Made by a program: the position numbers and the translations under genes. Under the pieces are notes generated by a model. It was given only the letters and a program-made list of their open reading frames with translations, did no database searches and was not told the DNA's origin. Below, piece after piece: positions 1 through 9,022 of a stretch of 58,070 nt of DNA. Position 1 is the stretch's first letter, and every line of letters begins with the position of its first letter. This DNA comes from a virus (lineage: Duplodnaviria; Caudoviricetes): positions 1 through 58,070 of the IMG/VR virus record IMGVR_UViG_3300048672_000503. One strand, given 5' to 3'.

Positions 1-217
1 TATCAATAACCACCAGATGGATTGTGGGTGTGCTTTTTGCAATTGTGGCAATGACTGGTGCACCATCGTTTATTGATTGGGTTGGCAGGGCATTTGGCCT
101 TATAGTATTTAAGCATTAATAATGTGTCATTCTGGAATTATCTATTAGTTGTTGTGTTGCTTGTTTTTTTAACTAACATAGGTCAATGTGTTGGTTCAAA
201 TACAATAGGCAAAGAAA
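1..217. repeat. Terminal direct repeat, left copy (circular overlap)
   Basis: 1-217 is identical to 57854-58070 except C128 vs T57981. Confidence 0.95.
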
Positions 218-336
218 ACAGCACCAATATAATTCCAGAAGCCAATGCGAATGTAAAAGTAGTCAAGCCAGGCAAAATTGAAAAACAAAAGACAATAATA
301 AAAAAACGTGATGACTTTAATACTCAGGACTTTTAA
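124..336 (+). CDS. Small membrane-anchored protein, possible i-spanin (Rz-like)
   Basis: N-terminal hydrophobic helix; lies between a holin-like gene and an overlapping lipoprotein gene. Confidence 0.4.
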   Translation: MSFWNYLLVVVLLVFLTNIGQCVGSNTIGKENSTNIIPEANANVKVVKPGKIEKQKTIIKKRDDFNTQDF

Positions 337-598
337 TGCAATAGGAATTGCAATATGGTTATCGTCTTGTCAGCAATATCCAATTAGGGAGTATATAGTT
401 GTTGAAAAGACAATACATGATAATAAAATCATGAAACTCAATCCACGACCAAAGTTATTAAAAATAAAATCAGATGAATTACAATGTTTATCAGATGAGA
501 CATATCAAAAACTAAAGACAAGATTTGAATTAATTAAAGCCTATGCCATTAGTCTTGAATCTAAAATTATTGAGCACAATGCAGGACAAATAAAATAA
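308..598 (+). CDS. Lipoprotein, possible o-spanin (Rz1-like)
   Basis: Lipobox LSSC after a hydrophobic leader; overlaps the preceding membrane-protein ORF. Confidence 0.5.
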   Translation: MMTLILRTFNAIGIAIWLSSCQQYPIREYIVVEKTIHDNKIMKLNPRPKLLKIKSDELQCLSDETYQKLKTRFELIKAYAISLESKIIEHNAGQIK

Positions 599-716
599 CA
601 ACACAAACAAATTTAATATGACTTAATGCCAAAATATATTTACTTTTGACATGAAGTATAGTATATAATACTTTTGCAATAGCTAAACGAAGCCAAAATA
701 AACCCAGGGCAATAAT

Positions 717-1202
717 ATGAAAAAACACTTTTTAATTAAATTTTTTACACTTACTTTGGCAATGTTTTTGTCAGCATCCGCTGCATTTGAGGCATCTGCT
801 GATGTAAACTTTCCATATAGTAATCCAACGTATATCCCAACACTAACAAATCCATCAGCGGTGCTGCCAACAGGCGCACAAAATATTGTGATTAGCACAG
901 CTGGCGCTTCAACACTTGCTTTTAACTTTACCGGTACGTGCACATCACTTGCTGCAACTGTCAATGGTTCATTGGATAATGGGGTTACTTATACTCAGCT
1001 AAACTTTTACCCTTATCCAGCTCTTGGGACTGCTGCACCGACTATTGATGCTGATGGCACATTGGCAGCCAGTGCTGGTGTTGTTAAAGTTAATTCTGCC
1101 GGATTCAATAAGATCAAGATTGCAATATCTGCTTTGGCTGGCGCTACATGTACATTTACAGCAGCTGAAACACAGGGCAGTTTTAACGGCACAACATTTT
1201 AA
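717..1202 (+). CDS. Beta-rich hypothetical protein with Sec-type signal peptide
   Basis: MKK + hydrophobic stretch + ASA cleavage-like site; Thr/Ala/Gly-rich body. Confidence 0.6.
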   Translation: MKKHFLIKFFTLTLAMFLSASAAFEASADVNFPYSNPTYIPTLTNPSAVLPTGAQNIVISTAGASTLAFNFTGTCTSLAATVNGSLDNGVTYTQLNFYPYPALGTAAPTIDADGTLAASAGVVKVNSAGFNKIKIAISALAGATCTFTAAETQGSFNGTTF

Positions 1203-1208
1203 TTACAA

Positions 1209-1278
1209 ATTAAAACAGTCTAATCACTAGACTGTTTTAATCAAAATTTATTCAAGAAGTGAATTTTGATTAAAACAG
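1209..1278 (+). promoter_or_regulatory. Two mutually exclusive hairpins upstream of the DUF2213 gene
   Basis: 1209-1222 pairs with 1228-1241; alternatively 1232-1252 pairs with 1258-1278, overlapping the SD AGGA at 1277-1280. Confidence 0.55.
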
Positions 1279-1286
1279 GAAAATAA

Positions 1287-2756
1287 ATGAGCAGAGAGCA
1301 ATTTTATACAACATCAAAGATAAGCAAAAATCAAGAACTGACACATGATGGCTATTTGATTTGTCTCGGCACACCTATTGCCAGAACTGGATCAATGCTG
1401 TATGGCCCAGATGAAACGCCAGTAGAGATTGGTGCTAATGGTGTTGTTCACATTTATCGTGAAGATGAAGATGTTTTCAATGACCTAACAATTGCTTCTG
1501 CACTGGGCAAGCCAATAACATTATCACATCCTGATGATGATGTAACACCTGATACTTGGAAAGACAAAGCTCATGGCATAACACTCAATGTAAGACGTGG
1601 CACTGGCGCCATGGATGACCTATTGCTTGCTGATTTAATGATCACAACAAAAGAAGCAATTGAAGCAGTTCAAAATGGCCTTGTTGAAATTTCCATGGGA
1701 TATGATGCAGACTATGAACAAATTGAGCCAGGTAAGGGAAGGCAATCAAACATAATTTTTAATCATACAGCCTTAGTTGAGCAAGGCAGATGTGGTTCAA
1801 GATGTGCTATAAAAGATGAAAAGACAATTACCACAACAGAGGAAAAATCAATGGCTAATCGCTATGAAAAGAAAAAGGTTGTAAACAAAAAAGGATTGGC
1901 AAAGTTTGTTGATTTGCTTTTTCGTGCTAACAAAGCAAAAGATGCTGAAGAACTTAATGACATAATCAATGAGGCTGCTGAAGATGAACTCATGGCTGAA
2001 GAAAATGTCGGCAATCTGCCAGCAACCAATGATGAAGATATTGATGAGCAAAAAGACATCCATATTCACATTCATAATGGCGGTGGCCAAGAAGTTATGG
2101 GTGCTGAAACAACTTCTGATGAAGAAGAATCTGAAGACACCAAGGTTGAAGATGGTGATGATCAATGGGCTCAAAATAAAGCAGAGCATGATGAATTCAG
2201 ATCAAGGCTTGATGCCATTGAAGCCAAGCTTGGTTTGACACAGGATACAACTGAAGAAGAGCAATCTGAATCTTTTGATGATGGTGAAGAAATTGAAGAA
2301 TTTCTGGAAGAAGAAGCACCGGAAGGTGTGAAGGCTCTTGATGCCAGAAAAGCAAAAGATTCACGTTATCTTGAAGATAGTATGAAAAGCACAGTAGCTG
2401 CTGCTGAAATCTTGGCGCCTGGAATCAGAATGCCAACATTTGACCGTGCTTCTAAACCATCTCTAACTGCCAAGAAAATTTGCTCATTCCGCAAAAAGGC
2501 TTTGGACACAGCTTATGCAATTCCAAGCAACAAAGCAATTTTCACCAATATCATTGGCAACAGGACATTGGACACAAGCAGAATGACTTGTGATGCAATC
2601 CGTGTGTTGTTTAAATCTGCTTCAGCATTAAAAGCAAATGGAAACAACGCAAGTGGAACAAAAGATTCAATGGTCAATTTGCAAAATGCTGTTGTCAAAC
2701 CTATGACTCTTGAAGAAATCAATGCCAAAAACAAGGCATTCTATTCAAACAAATAA
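1287..2756 (+). CDS. DUF2213-family head maturation protease / scaffold protein
   Basis: GYLIC..TPIARTG, GKPITLSHP, EISMGYDADY, NHTALVEQGRCG motifs; acidic C-terminal scaffold-like half; upstream of capsid genes. Confidence 0.85.
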   Translation: MSREQFYTTSKISKNQELTHDGYLICLGTPIARTGSMLYGPDETPVEIGANGVVHIYREDEDVFNDLTIASALGKPITLSHPDDDVTPDTWKDKAHGITLNVRRGTGAMDDLLLADLMITTKEAIEAVQNGLVEISMGYDADYEQIEPGKGRQSNIIFNHTALVEQGRCGSRCAIKDEKTITTTEEKSMANRYEKKKVVNKKGLAKFVDLLFRANKAKDAEELNDIINEAAEDELMAEENVGNLPATNDEDIDEQKDIHIHIHNGGGQEVMGAETTSDEEESEDTKVEDGDDQWAQNKAEHDEFRSRLDAIEAKLGLTQDTTEEEQSESFDDGEEIEEFLEEEAPEGVKALDARKAKDSRYLEDSMKSTVAAAEILAPGIRMPTFDRASKPSLTAKKICSFRKKALDTAYAIPSNKAIFTNIIGNRTLDTSRMTCDAIRVLFKSASALKANGNNASGTKDSMVNLQNAVVKPMTLEEINAKNKAFYSNK

Positions 2757-2803
2757 GCTATAACAGCTTGAATTGATTGTCAAACTTTAAATCAGGAAAT
2801 AAA

Positions 2804-3358
2804 ATGAAAAAGATTAGAGCAAAAACAAAAGACGTTGCATTCAAATACCGCATGGGTGCTGGTTATCCAGGTGATGTAACAAGAACACATCCTGTTGATA
2901 TTTATCCAGAATTGGCAGATGCTACAACTCCACCTGATTTGGCTGGTCAAGCTGTTATGGTTGATGCCACATCGCATCGAATTCGTAAAGTGACCAATGC
3001 TGCTGAAGGTGTGACTGGTTCAATTTCACTGTATGGCATCACGGTTCGCACCTTTCCTTTCCAGCAAGCAACAACTTCAACCAACTTTGGTGCTGTTGCT
3101 ATTGGCGGTGGCCCATTACCAGTATCTGGCGAAGTTGACGTGCTGAGACGCGGTGGCATTCTTGTTTCAGTTCCTGCTGGTCAAACACCAGTCAAAGGTG
3201 GAACGGTTTACATCTGGAATGTTGCAACTTCTGGTGCACATATCCAAGGTGGGTTTGAAGCTGTTGATGGCACTACAAATACAATTGATGTTGCCAATGC
3301 TGTCTGGAATAGCGGTGTTGATGCAAATGGCGTTGCTGAATTGATTTTCAACAATTAA
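2804..3358 (+). CDS. Head decoration / minor capsid protein
   Basis: Between protease and major capsid; RMGAGYPGDVTR motif; ATG 2804 follows an AGGA RBS (ORF track starts at 2777). Confidence 0.75.
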   Translation: MKKIRAKTKDVAFKYRMGAGYPGDVTRTHPVDIYPELADATTPPDLAGQAVMVDATSHRIRKVTNAAEGVTGSISLYGITVRTFPFQQATTSTNFGAVAIGGGPLPVSGEVDVLRRGGILVSVPAGQTPVKGGTVYIWNVATSGAHIQGGFEAVDGTTNTIDVANAVWNSGVDANGVAELIFNN

Positions 3359-3396
3359 TTCTTGCTAACTGAATAATCTTAAAAACAGGAACGAAA

Positions 3397-4515
3397 ATGA
3401 AGAAAATTAGAGCAAAAACAAAAGATGCAATGACTTTTGACCAAGCCTATAACCAAGTTATAGATGGTCAAGGAACGCACCGTGGCAAGGCTTTTGATCA
3501 AGCATACACTACACGCGATGGCCGCACCGTGGATTCTACCGGCGCTTTTCTGGTCGGTGAATTGGAGCGTTTGGATTTAACTCTGCATCAACCTTTGGCA
3601 GCTGTCACTTGGGGTCGTGATATTGACCTGCGTGAAGATGTCACCATTGCTGATGATGTAAGTTCTTACACAGTGTCAAGCTTTGGCTCAGCAGGGGGTT
3701 TGGGTCAAGGCCAAGCAATTGGCAATGGCAAAAGCTGGATTGGTCGTAAAGCCAATCAAGTGCCAAACACCAGCGTTGACATTGCAAAAGTTGCTAATCC
3801 ATTAACACCTTGGGGCAATGAATTGGCTTACACCATCTTTGAATTGGAAGCTGCTGCAAAATTAGGCCGTCCCATCGACCAACAAAAATTTGAAGCACTT
3901 CAATTGAAATGGCAAATGGATATTGATGAGCAAGTTTACATCGGTGACACTGGTTTGGCTCTTGGTGGTTTGTGTAATCATCCTTTGGTGTCCAGCCAAG
4001 GCACTGTTGCTTCAGTATCAACTGGTGTTTCAGGCTTTACAACCTTCAACAAGAAAACACCTGATGAAATCCTGGCCGATGTTAATACATGGCTAACGAC
4101 TGTTTGGGCAGCTTCCGGTTATGCTGTTATTTCAACCAACATCCTGCTACCACCTGCTCAGTTTGGTTATTTGAGCACACAAAAGGTGTCTCAAGCTGGT
4201 AATGTTTCAATCTTGAAATACATCTTGGAAAACAACATCTATGCTCAATCAGAAGGCAAAGAAATCAGCATCAAACCTTTGAAATGGTTGGCTGGTTCTG
4301 CCGATGCTACTTTGGCAACCGCTCTTGGCAATGGTGGTGTGGATCGTGCTGTTGTTTATTGCAAAGACAAAGACAGAGTGCGTTTCCCAATGACGACTTT
4401 AAATCGCACTCCAGTGCAATTTGACTCCATTTTCCATAAATCAACTTACTATGCCAAATTGGGCGCAGTTGAAATGGTGTATCCTGAAGTATGTGGCTAC
4501 TTTGATGGCGTTTAA
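3397..4515 (+). CDS. Major capsid protein (DUF2184 type, HK97 fold)
   Basis: GAFLVGELERLD, WGRDIDLREDV, YIGD..GGLCNHP motifs; 372 aa; position in head module. Confidence 0.9.
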   Translation: MKKIRAKTKDAMTFDQAYNQVIDGQGTHRGKAFDQAYTTRDGRTVDSTGAFLVGELERLDLTLHQPLAAVTWGRDIDLREDVTIADDVSSYTVSSFGSAGGLGQGQAIGNGKSWIGRKANQVPNTSVDIAKVANPLTPWGNELAYTIFELEAAAKLGRPIDQQKFEALQLKWQMDIDEQVYIGDTGLALGGLCNHPLVSSQGTVASVSTGVSGFTTFNKKTPDEILADVNTWLTTVWAASGYAVISTNILLPPAQFGYLSTQKVSQAGNVSILKYILENNIYAQSEGKEISIKPLKWLAGSADATLATALGNGGVDRAVVYCKDKDRVRFPMTTLNRTPVQFDSIFHKSTYYAKLGAVEMVYPEVCGYFDGV

Positions 4516-4538
4516 GACAATTTAATAGGGTCAAGTTC

Positions 4539-4568
4539 ACACTGCTGCCATTTAAATAGCAGCAGTGT
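4539..4568 (+). terminator. Hairpin after major capsid gene
   Basis: ACACTGCTGC / GCAGCAGTGT 10-bp stem; weak U tail. Confidence 0.5.
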
Positions 4569-4594
4569 AATATTACAAACAAAAGGATAATGCA

Positions 4595-5026
4595 ATGGCA
4601 GTTAAAAAAGATGCTGTAAAAGAAGATGATGAAGTCAAGGTTGAAGAAGTTGAAGCACCAAAATCTGTTCAAGTTGACCCTGACTTAGTTGTTGCAGCTG
4701 TAAAAAAACGATATTCAATAACAGACATTGATGGTGTCTTAAAAACATTTCAGCCAGGTCACATAACAATGAGCCGTGCTGATGCTGAGCACTGGTATTC
4801 AGTTGCCAATGGCACTGCAATTATTGGCAAGCCTGATAATGGCGATTTAAATGGTGTTGGTGCTAAAGCAAGATTGAAAGAAATTGTTAGCAATTTAGAT
4901 TCACTTGCTGCAAACATAACATCTTTTGAAGTTCAGCATGCTGGCATGACAAAAGAACAAAGCGATTCATTCATAAAAGCATCGAAATTTGTTGAAGGTG
5001 CTTTTAAAATTTTAGGAGCAATTTAA
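4595..5026 (+). CDS. Hypothetical virion-associated protein
   Basis: 143 aa ORF with RBS, directly after the capsid gene. Confidence 0.65.
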   Translation: MAVKKDAVKEDDEVKVEEVEAPKSVQVDPDLVVAAVKKRYSITDIDGVLKTFQPGHITMSRADAEHWYSVANGTAIIGKPDNGDLNGVGAKARLKEIVSNLDSLAANITSFEVQHAGMTKEQSDSFIKASKFVEGAFKILGAI

Positions 5027-5220
5027 TGGCAAATCATATACACATACACGTTGGCAATGGCAAAACAAAAGATTCTGCAACAGTATCATCTGAAATTCAG
5101 CAACTTGAACAAGTTTTGAAAAGTTTGCGAAATAAATATGGTGATTTTGATAAACCATTGGATGACAAAGTTGACAGAGCTGTTGGATTGATAAAACAAG
5201 CTGTGCAAGCATTAAAATAA
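5026..5220 (+). CDS. Small protein with HIHIH..KTKD leader
   Basis: Coupled to upstream stop (TAATG); N-terminus MANHIHIHVGNGKTKDS. Confidence 0.7.
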   Translation: MANHIHIHVGNGKTKDSATVSSEIQQLEQVLKSLRNKYGDFDKPLDDKVDRAVGLIKQAVQALK

Positions 5221-5221
5221 A

Positions 5222-5692
5222 ATGAACATCACAACAGCCCAATTCAGAGCTGACTTTCCAGAATTTAGTAGCACTGAATTATTCCCTAATTCTGGAATTG
5301 ATTTTTGGCTTGCTTTTGGCTATAGGATGGTCAATGCAGATCGTTTTCAATCAAACCTTGACATTGGTGTTGAATTATTTGTTGCACATTTTATAACTCT
5401 GGAAGCACGCAACTCACTTGCAGCAGGCTCTGGTGGCATTCCTGGTCAAAGTTCTGGTATTATTAGCAGTAAATCTGTTGATAAAGTGTCAATTAGCTAT
5501 GATACTGGCACAGGAGTGTATGATGGTGCAGGGCACTGGAATTTAACAAATTATGGCACTCGATTTTATTGGATGATTCAGATGTTTGGAGCTGGGCCAA
5601 TTCAATTCGGACAAGGATTTGCACCGACAGGCGCTGGCTTTGGAACTGCTTGGCCTGGGCCTGATACAACCCCAGGATTTTCAAATTTTTAA
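5222..5692 (+). CDS. Head-tail adaptor (DUF4054 type)
   Basis: FRADFPEF, LFVAH, SKSVDKVSISYD, WNLTNYG motifs. Confidence 0.85.
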   Translation: MNITTAQFRADFPEFSSTELFPNSGIDFWLAFGYRMVNADRFQSNLDIGVELFVAHFITLEARNSLAAGSGGIPGQSSGIISSKSVDKVSISYDTGTGVYDGAGHWNLTNYGTRFYWMIQMFGAGPIQFGQGFAPTGAGFGTAWPGPDTTPGFSNF

Positions 5693-5717
5693 TATAGTTA
5701 AACATAAGTGACTTAAT

Positions 5718-5844
5718 GGCATCCTAGCCCATCCTGGCTACTACTAGATAAAAGATATAATATAATATTAAATAGAGATAGACAGTAATAGCAATATAAT
5801 AATAGTAATAATACCTAGTAGTGGCCAGGATGGGCTAGGATGCC
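5718..5844. repeat. Inverted-repeat element copy 1 (30-bp arms, 67-bp AT-rich core)
   Basis: GGCATCCTAGCCCATCCTGGCTACTACTAG (5718-5747) vs 5815-5844, one mismatch. Confidence 0.9.
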
Positions 5845-5880
5845 TATTTAACCTTTTATATCCAACCAAAGGAAATCAAA

Positions 5881-6147
5881 GTGAAAACAAAACTAATAAT
5901 TACATCACTAATTGCTTTTTCATCCACAACCATTGCTCCAATATTCCTGCTATCACATGCCAGCAGCACGTCATTGAAACCAGCAAAGCCAATAGTTTGT
6001 GCTGATAAAAAACAAGACACTCCAAAATTAGTTGACCACATCTATCGGTGCAATGAGCGCAGAGTTGAAGCATATCTGGCAACAGAATATGCAGACAAGG
6101 TTGCTAAAGAAGCAGCATACAATGCAACATGTGAACAAGATGGTTAA
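5881..6147 (+). CDS. Hypothetical protein with hydrophobic N-terminus
   Basis: AAGGA RBS before GTG; coupled to next gene. Confidence 0.6.
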   Translation: MKTKLIITSLIAFSSTTIAPIFLLSHASSTSLKPAKPIVCADKKQDTPKLVDHIYRCNERRVEAYLATEYADKVAKEAAYNATCEQDG

Positions 6148-6445
6148 ATTAATTACAACACTTTTGGCAATTCTTCTTTCAGCTTGCACTATTGGCACTT
6201 TTAAAGTCACAGAACCAAAGACAGGAATCATTGCTGAACTGTATATCAACTCGCTGTGGAGTGATGTTAAGCTTGATGGCTTAACATGCACAGTCAACAA
6301 AGATGGTTCAAGAACATTCATAGTTGATTCATTTGGTGATAAGACTTCAGCCGGGCAAGAAAGTTTTAATAAAATGCTTCCAGGCTTAGTTGGCATGGCA
6401 GTTGAAGGTGCGGTGAAAGGTGCTGGCAAGGTGATTGTCCCATGA
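6140..6445 (+). CDS. Lipoprotein next to endolysin
   Basis: MVKLITTLLAILLSAC lipobox from ATG 6140. Confidence 0.65.
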   Translation: MVKLITTLLAILLSACTIGTFKVTEPKTGIIAELYINSLWSDVKLDGLTCTVNKDGSRTFIVDSFGDKTSAGQESFNKMLPGLVGMAVEGAVKGAGKVIVP

Positions 6446-6867
6446 TAACACCAACTGATTGTTTAAAGAAATATGGCAACCCAGACAATGAACATAACAT
6501 GGTTTTGTGGGATGTTCCGACAGAATTGGAAGTTGGTGTTATTCCAAAAAGACTTTATTGTAACAAAGACATCATTCCACATCTAAGCCAAGCTTTTAAC
6601 AATATCATCAAACGCGGTTTAGTTGATGAGCTGAAAACATTTGATGGGTGCTTCAACAATCGAATGATGCGTGGCACGGCTGGCACAAGATCAATACACT
6701 CTTGGGGTGTCGCAATAGACATAAATGCAAGTTGGAATAAGCTTGGGAGCAAACCAACAATGAGCAAAGAACTTGTCAGTTGCTTTACAGATGCTGGTTT
6801 TGATTGGGGTGGCAAATGGGAGAGGCCTGATGGCATGCACTTTCAACTGTCAATGTTGCCAAAATGA
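6442..6867 (+). CDS. Endolysin, peptidase M15 family
   Basis: R..RG...SIHSWGVAID and WGGKW..PDGMHFQL zinc-peptidase motifs. Confidence 0.9.
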   Translation: MITPTDCLKKYGNPDNEHNMVLWDVPTELEVGVIPKRLYCNKDIIPHLSQAFNNIIKRGLVDELKTFDGCFNNRMMRGTAGTRSIHSWGVAIDINASWNKLGSKPTMSKELVSCFTDAGFDWGGKWERPDGMHFQLSMLPK

Positions 6868-7412
6868 ACAATGCAGCAAGAATGATAATCAATAATTTGC
6901 CAAATTTGCAATCCAATATTCAGCAATTGGTGACTAGAGAAGTTCTTGTTGGTGTCCCAGCGGATAAAGCAGGCAGAAGAGAATCAAATTCGCCAAACAA
7001 TGCAATGCTGGCTTATGTACATGACAATGGAAGCCCAGCTCAGAATATCCCTGCAAGGCCATTTATGACACCAGGGATAGAAAGAGTAAAAGAAGATATA
7101 AAAAGAGAGTTAAAAGAAGGCGCAAGAGCATGTCTAGATGGCTCAATAAGCTCTGGGGCAGTACATCTTAATAGGGTGGGGATTATTGCCCAATCTAGCA
7201 TAAGGAATCGGATAAATGAAGGCATAGCACCACCATTGTCTGATGCAACTTTACAAGCAAGAATAAAAAACAGAACATCAATTCAAGGTGCTAAAAAAGA
7301 ATTAAAAAGGCGTGAACAAGGATTAATGCCAAGCGCAACTGCTGAAGCAAAGCCATTAATCGCAACAGGCCAATTAAGAAATTCAATAAATTATGTTATA
7401 CGGGAAAAATAA
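6864..7412 (+). CDS. Neck / tail completion protein
   Basis: NIPARPFM, PPLS.ATL, KPLIATGQLRNSI motifs typical of myophage neck proteins. Confidence 0.75.
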   Translation: MNNAARMIINNLPNLQSNIQQLVTREVLVGVPADKAGRRESNSPNNAMLAYVHDNGSPAQNIPARPFMTPGIERVKEDIKRELKEGARACLDGSISSGAVHLNRVGIIAQSSIRNRINEGIAPPLSDATLQARIKNRTSIQGAKKELKRREQGLMPSATAEAKPLIATGQLRNSINYVIREK

Positions 7413-7642
7413 TGCAATTACTTGATGTGCTGAAAAAAGGACAGGAGATACAGAACCCAGCATTTTGGAAAAGAGTTCAAAACTATGTCAATTTGGTGTC
7501 TATAATTTCACCAACTATAATCCTTTTATTTCCTGACATGGCACCGTTTTTTTCAATAGAAAAATTGGCAATCATATCGACAACAGTTGCAGGAATAAAT
7601 GGTTATTTAACAGTAGCTACTACTGGCAAAATAGGATTATAA
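7412..7642 (+). CDS. Small two-TM protein, possible holin
   Basis: Two hydrophobic segments in 76 aa; near endolysin. Confidence 0.5.
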   Translation: MQLLDVLKKGQEIQNPAFWKRVQNYVNLVSIISPTIILLFPDMAPFFSIEKLAIISTTVAGINGYLTVATTGKIGL

Positions 7643-7644
7643 TA

Positions 7645-8094
7645 GTGGCATTAATCGATGTTAGTGAGATTTTGACTGATCCTGATTTGTCTAGTGACAG
7701 AATTAAGGTCAGAAGAAGACAGCAGATAATAGATTCTAACGGTAGAACTACAGAAAGCATCATTGAGTTCAACATACGTGCTGTTGTAACATCAGATTCA
7801 CCAAATGATTTAAGACGTGAAGATGCTGAATATGCTTTTAGCAACAATGCAATTAGTGTAATTTGCAAATTTCAACTTATTGGGCAAGCTGAAGGATACT
7901 TTCCAGATATTGTTGTTTTTGGTGGCAATAATTATCTGGTTTGTGACATAAATTCATATCCACAGTTTGGCAAAGGGTTTTATGAAACAACCTGCATAAG
8001 CATGGACAGAAACGAAAAAATACTTGACTTGGATGAGCCAAAAATGTCATTCAATTTTAAACAAAATAGTCAATACATAGGTTTGACAAAATGA
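7645..8094 (+). CDS. Head closure protein
   Basis: IDVSEILTDPD start; size and position between neck genes. Confidence 0.65.
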   Translation: MALIDVSEILTDPDLSSDRIKVRRRQQIIDSNGRTTESIIEFNIRAVVTSDSPNDLRREDAEYAFSNNAISVICKFQLIGQAEGYFPDIVVFGGNNYLVCDINSYPQFGKGFYETTCISMDRNEKILDLDEPKMSFNFKQNSQYIGLTK

Positions 8095-8420
8095 TACTAA
8101 CAGTATTAGATTCAGCAGCAGTCAGTCAAAAAATCATATCCAATGGACAAGAATCCATTGTTGATAAGAGCGGTTCACTAGCAGCAGGATCAGCCCAGGT
8201 GATAGCAAATGCAAATACACTTCGATCTGGGTTTTTCCTTCAAAATCTAGGTGTTGATCCAATGTGGCTGAATGATCTAACAACAGCAACTGCTGGCTCT
8301 GGATCAATCAGATTAGCAGCGGGTGAAAAAATATCAGCACCAAAGGACATACCATTGAATACTCATGCTTTGAGCTTAATTGGCACATCAGGATCAGCAT
8401 TCACTCTGAGGGAGTGGTAA
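8091..8420 (+). CDS. Hypothetical virion protein
   Basis: Coupled ORF, beta-rich (RSGFFLQNLG). Confidence 0.6.
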   Translation: MILTVLDSAAVSQKIISNGQESIVDKSGSLAAGSAQVIANANTLRSGFFLQNLGVDPMWLNDLTTATAGSGSIRLAAGEKISAPKDIPLNTHALSLIGTSGSAFTLREW

Positions 8421-8425
8421 ACTAA

Positions 8426-9019
8426 GTGCCAAACACTAGCGCAACTGGCGGTTATCTAAGTCCAGCCAACAATGCAAACCAACTTAATGATTCAGCAATT
8501 GCCGATTTATTACATGGTTGGATAGCAGGAATAACAGGCATAGACAACACGCTTGTTAGGCCAAGGTGGCAACAAGAGCAACCAAACATCCCAGATATAA
8601 ACGTCGATTGGTGCGCATTTGGAATAACTGAAAAAACCAACCCAGGAAATCCATTTGAAGTTCATTACCCAGCATCTGTTAATTATCCAGATGGCTACAA
8701 TGAATTAAGAAGGCACCAAGATTTTTCAGCATTGATAACATTGTATGGAATCAATGCTGAAAAGAATGCCATGGTTTTATCATCTGGAATATTCGTGGCA
8801 CAGAACAATGAAGTGCTTAATGGTTATGGAATATTTGTCACTGGACATGGACAATCAACAACAATTCCAGAGTTGATAAAAAATAAATGGGTTTTTAGAG
8901 TTGATTTGACAATTGATTTTAGAAGGCAAATTACATTGGATTATCCAGTGTTGAACATATTGTCATCCGAATCAGACATAAAGAATGAATACTACACTGA
9001 AATAATAACAGCAGGTTAA
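8426..9019 (+). CDS. Tail terminator / sheath completion protein
   Basis: NTSATGGYL and VRPRWQ motifs; immediately before sheath. Confidence 0.7.
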   Translation: MPNTSATGGYLSPANNANQLNDSAIADLLHGWIAGITGIDNTLVRPRWQQEQPNIPDINVDWCAFGITEKTNPGNPFEVHYPASVNYPDGYNELRRHQDFSALITLYGINAEKNAMVLSSGIFVAQNNEVLNGYGIFVTGHGQSTTIPELIKNKWVFRVDLTIDFRRQITLDYPVLNILSSESDIKNEYYTEIITAG

Positions 9020-9022
9020 AAA

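Noticed and set aside
635-670. Sigma70 promoter (TTGACA and TATAAT both present)
   Set aside because: Spacing is only 12 bp; a promoter may exist here but its elements cannot be assigned confidently
5718-5844. MITE or IS element, or protelomerase site
   Set aside because: No target-site duplication, transposase or protelomerase seen; homology extends beyond the arms and the palindrome is interrupted by a long core
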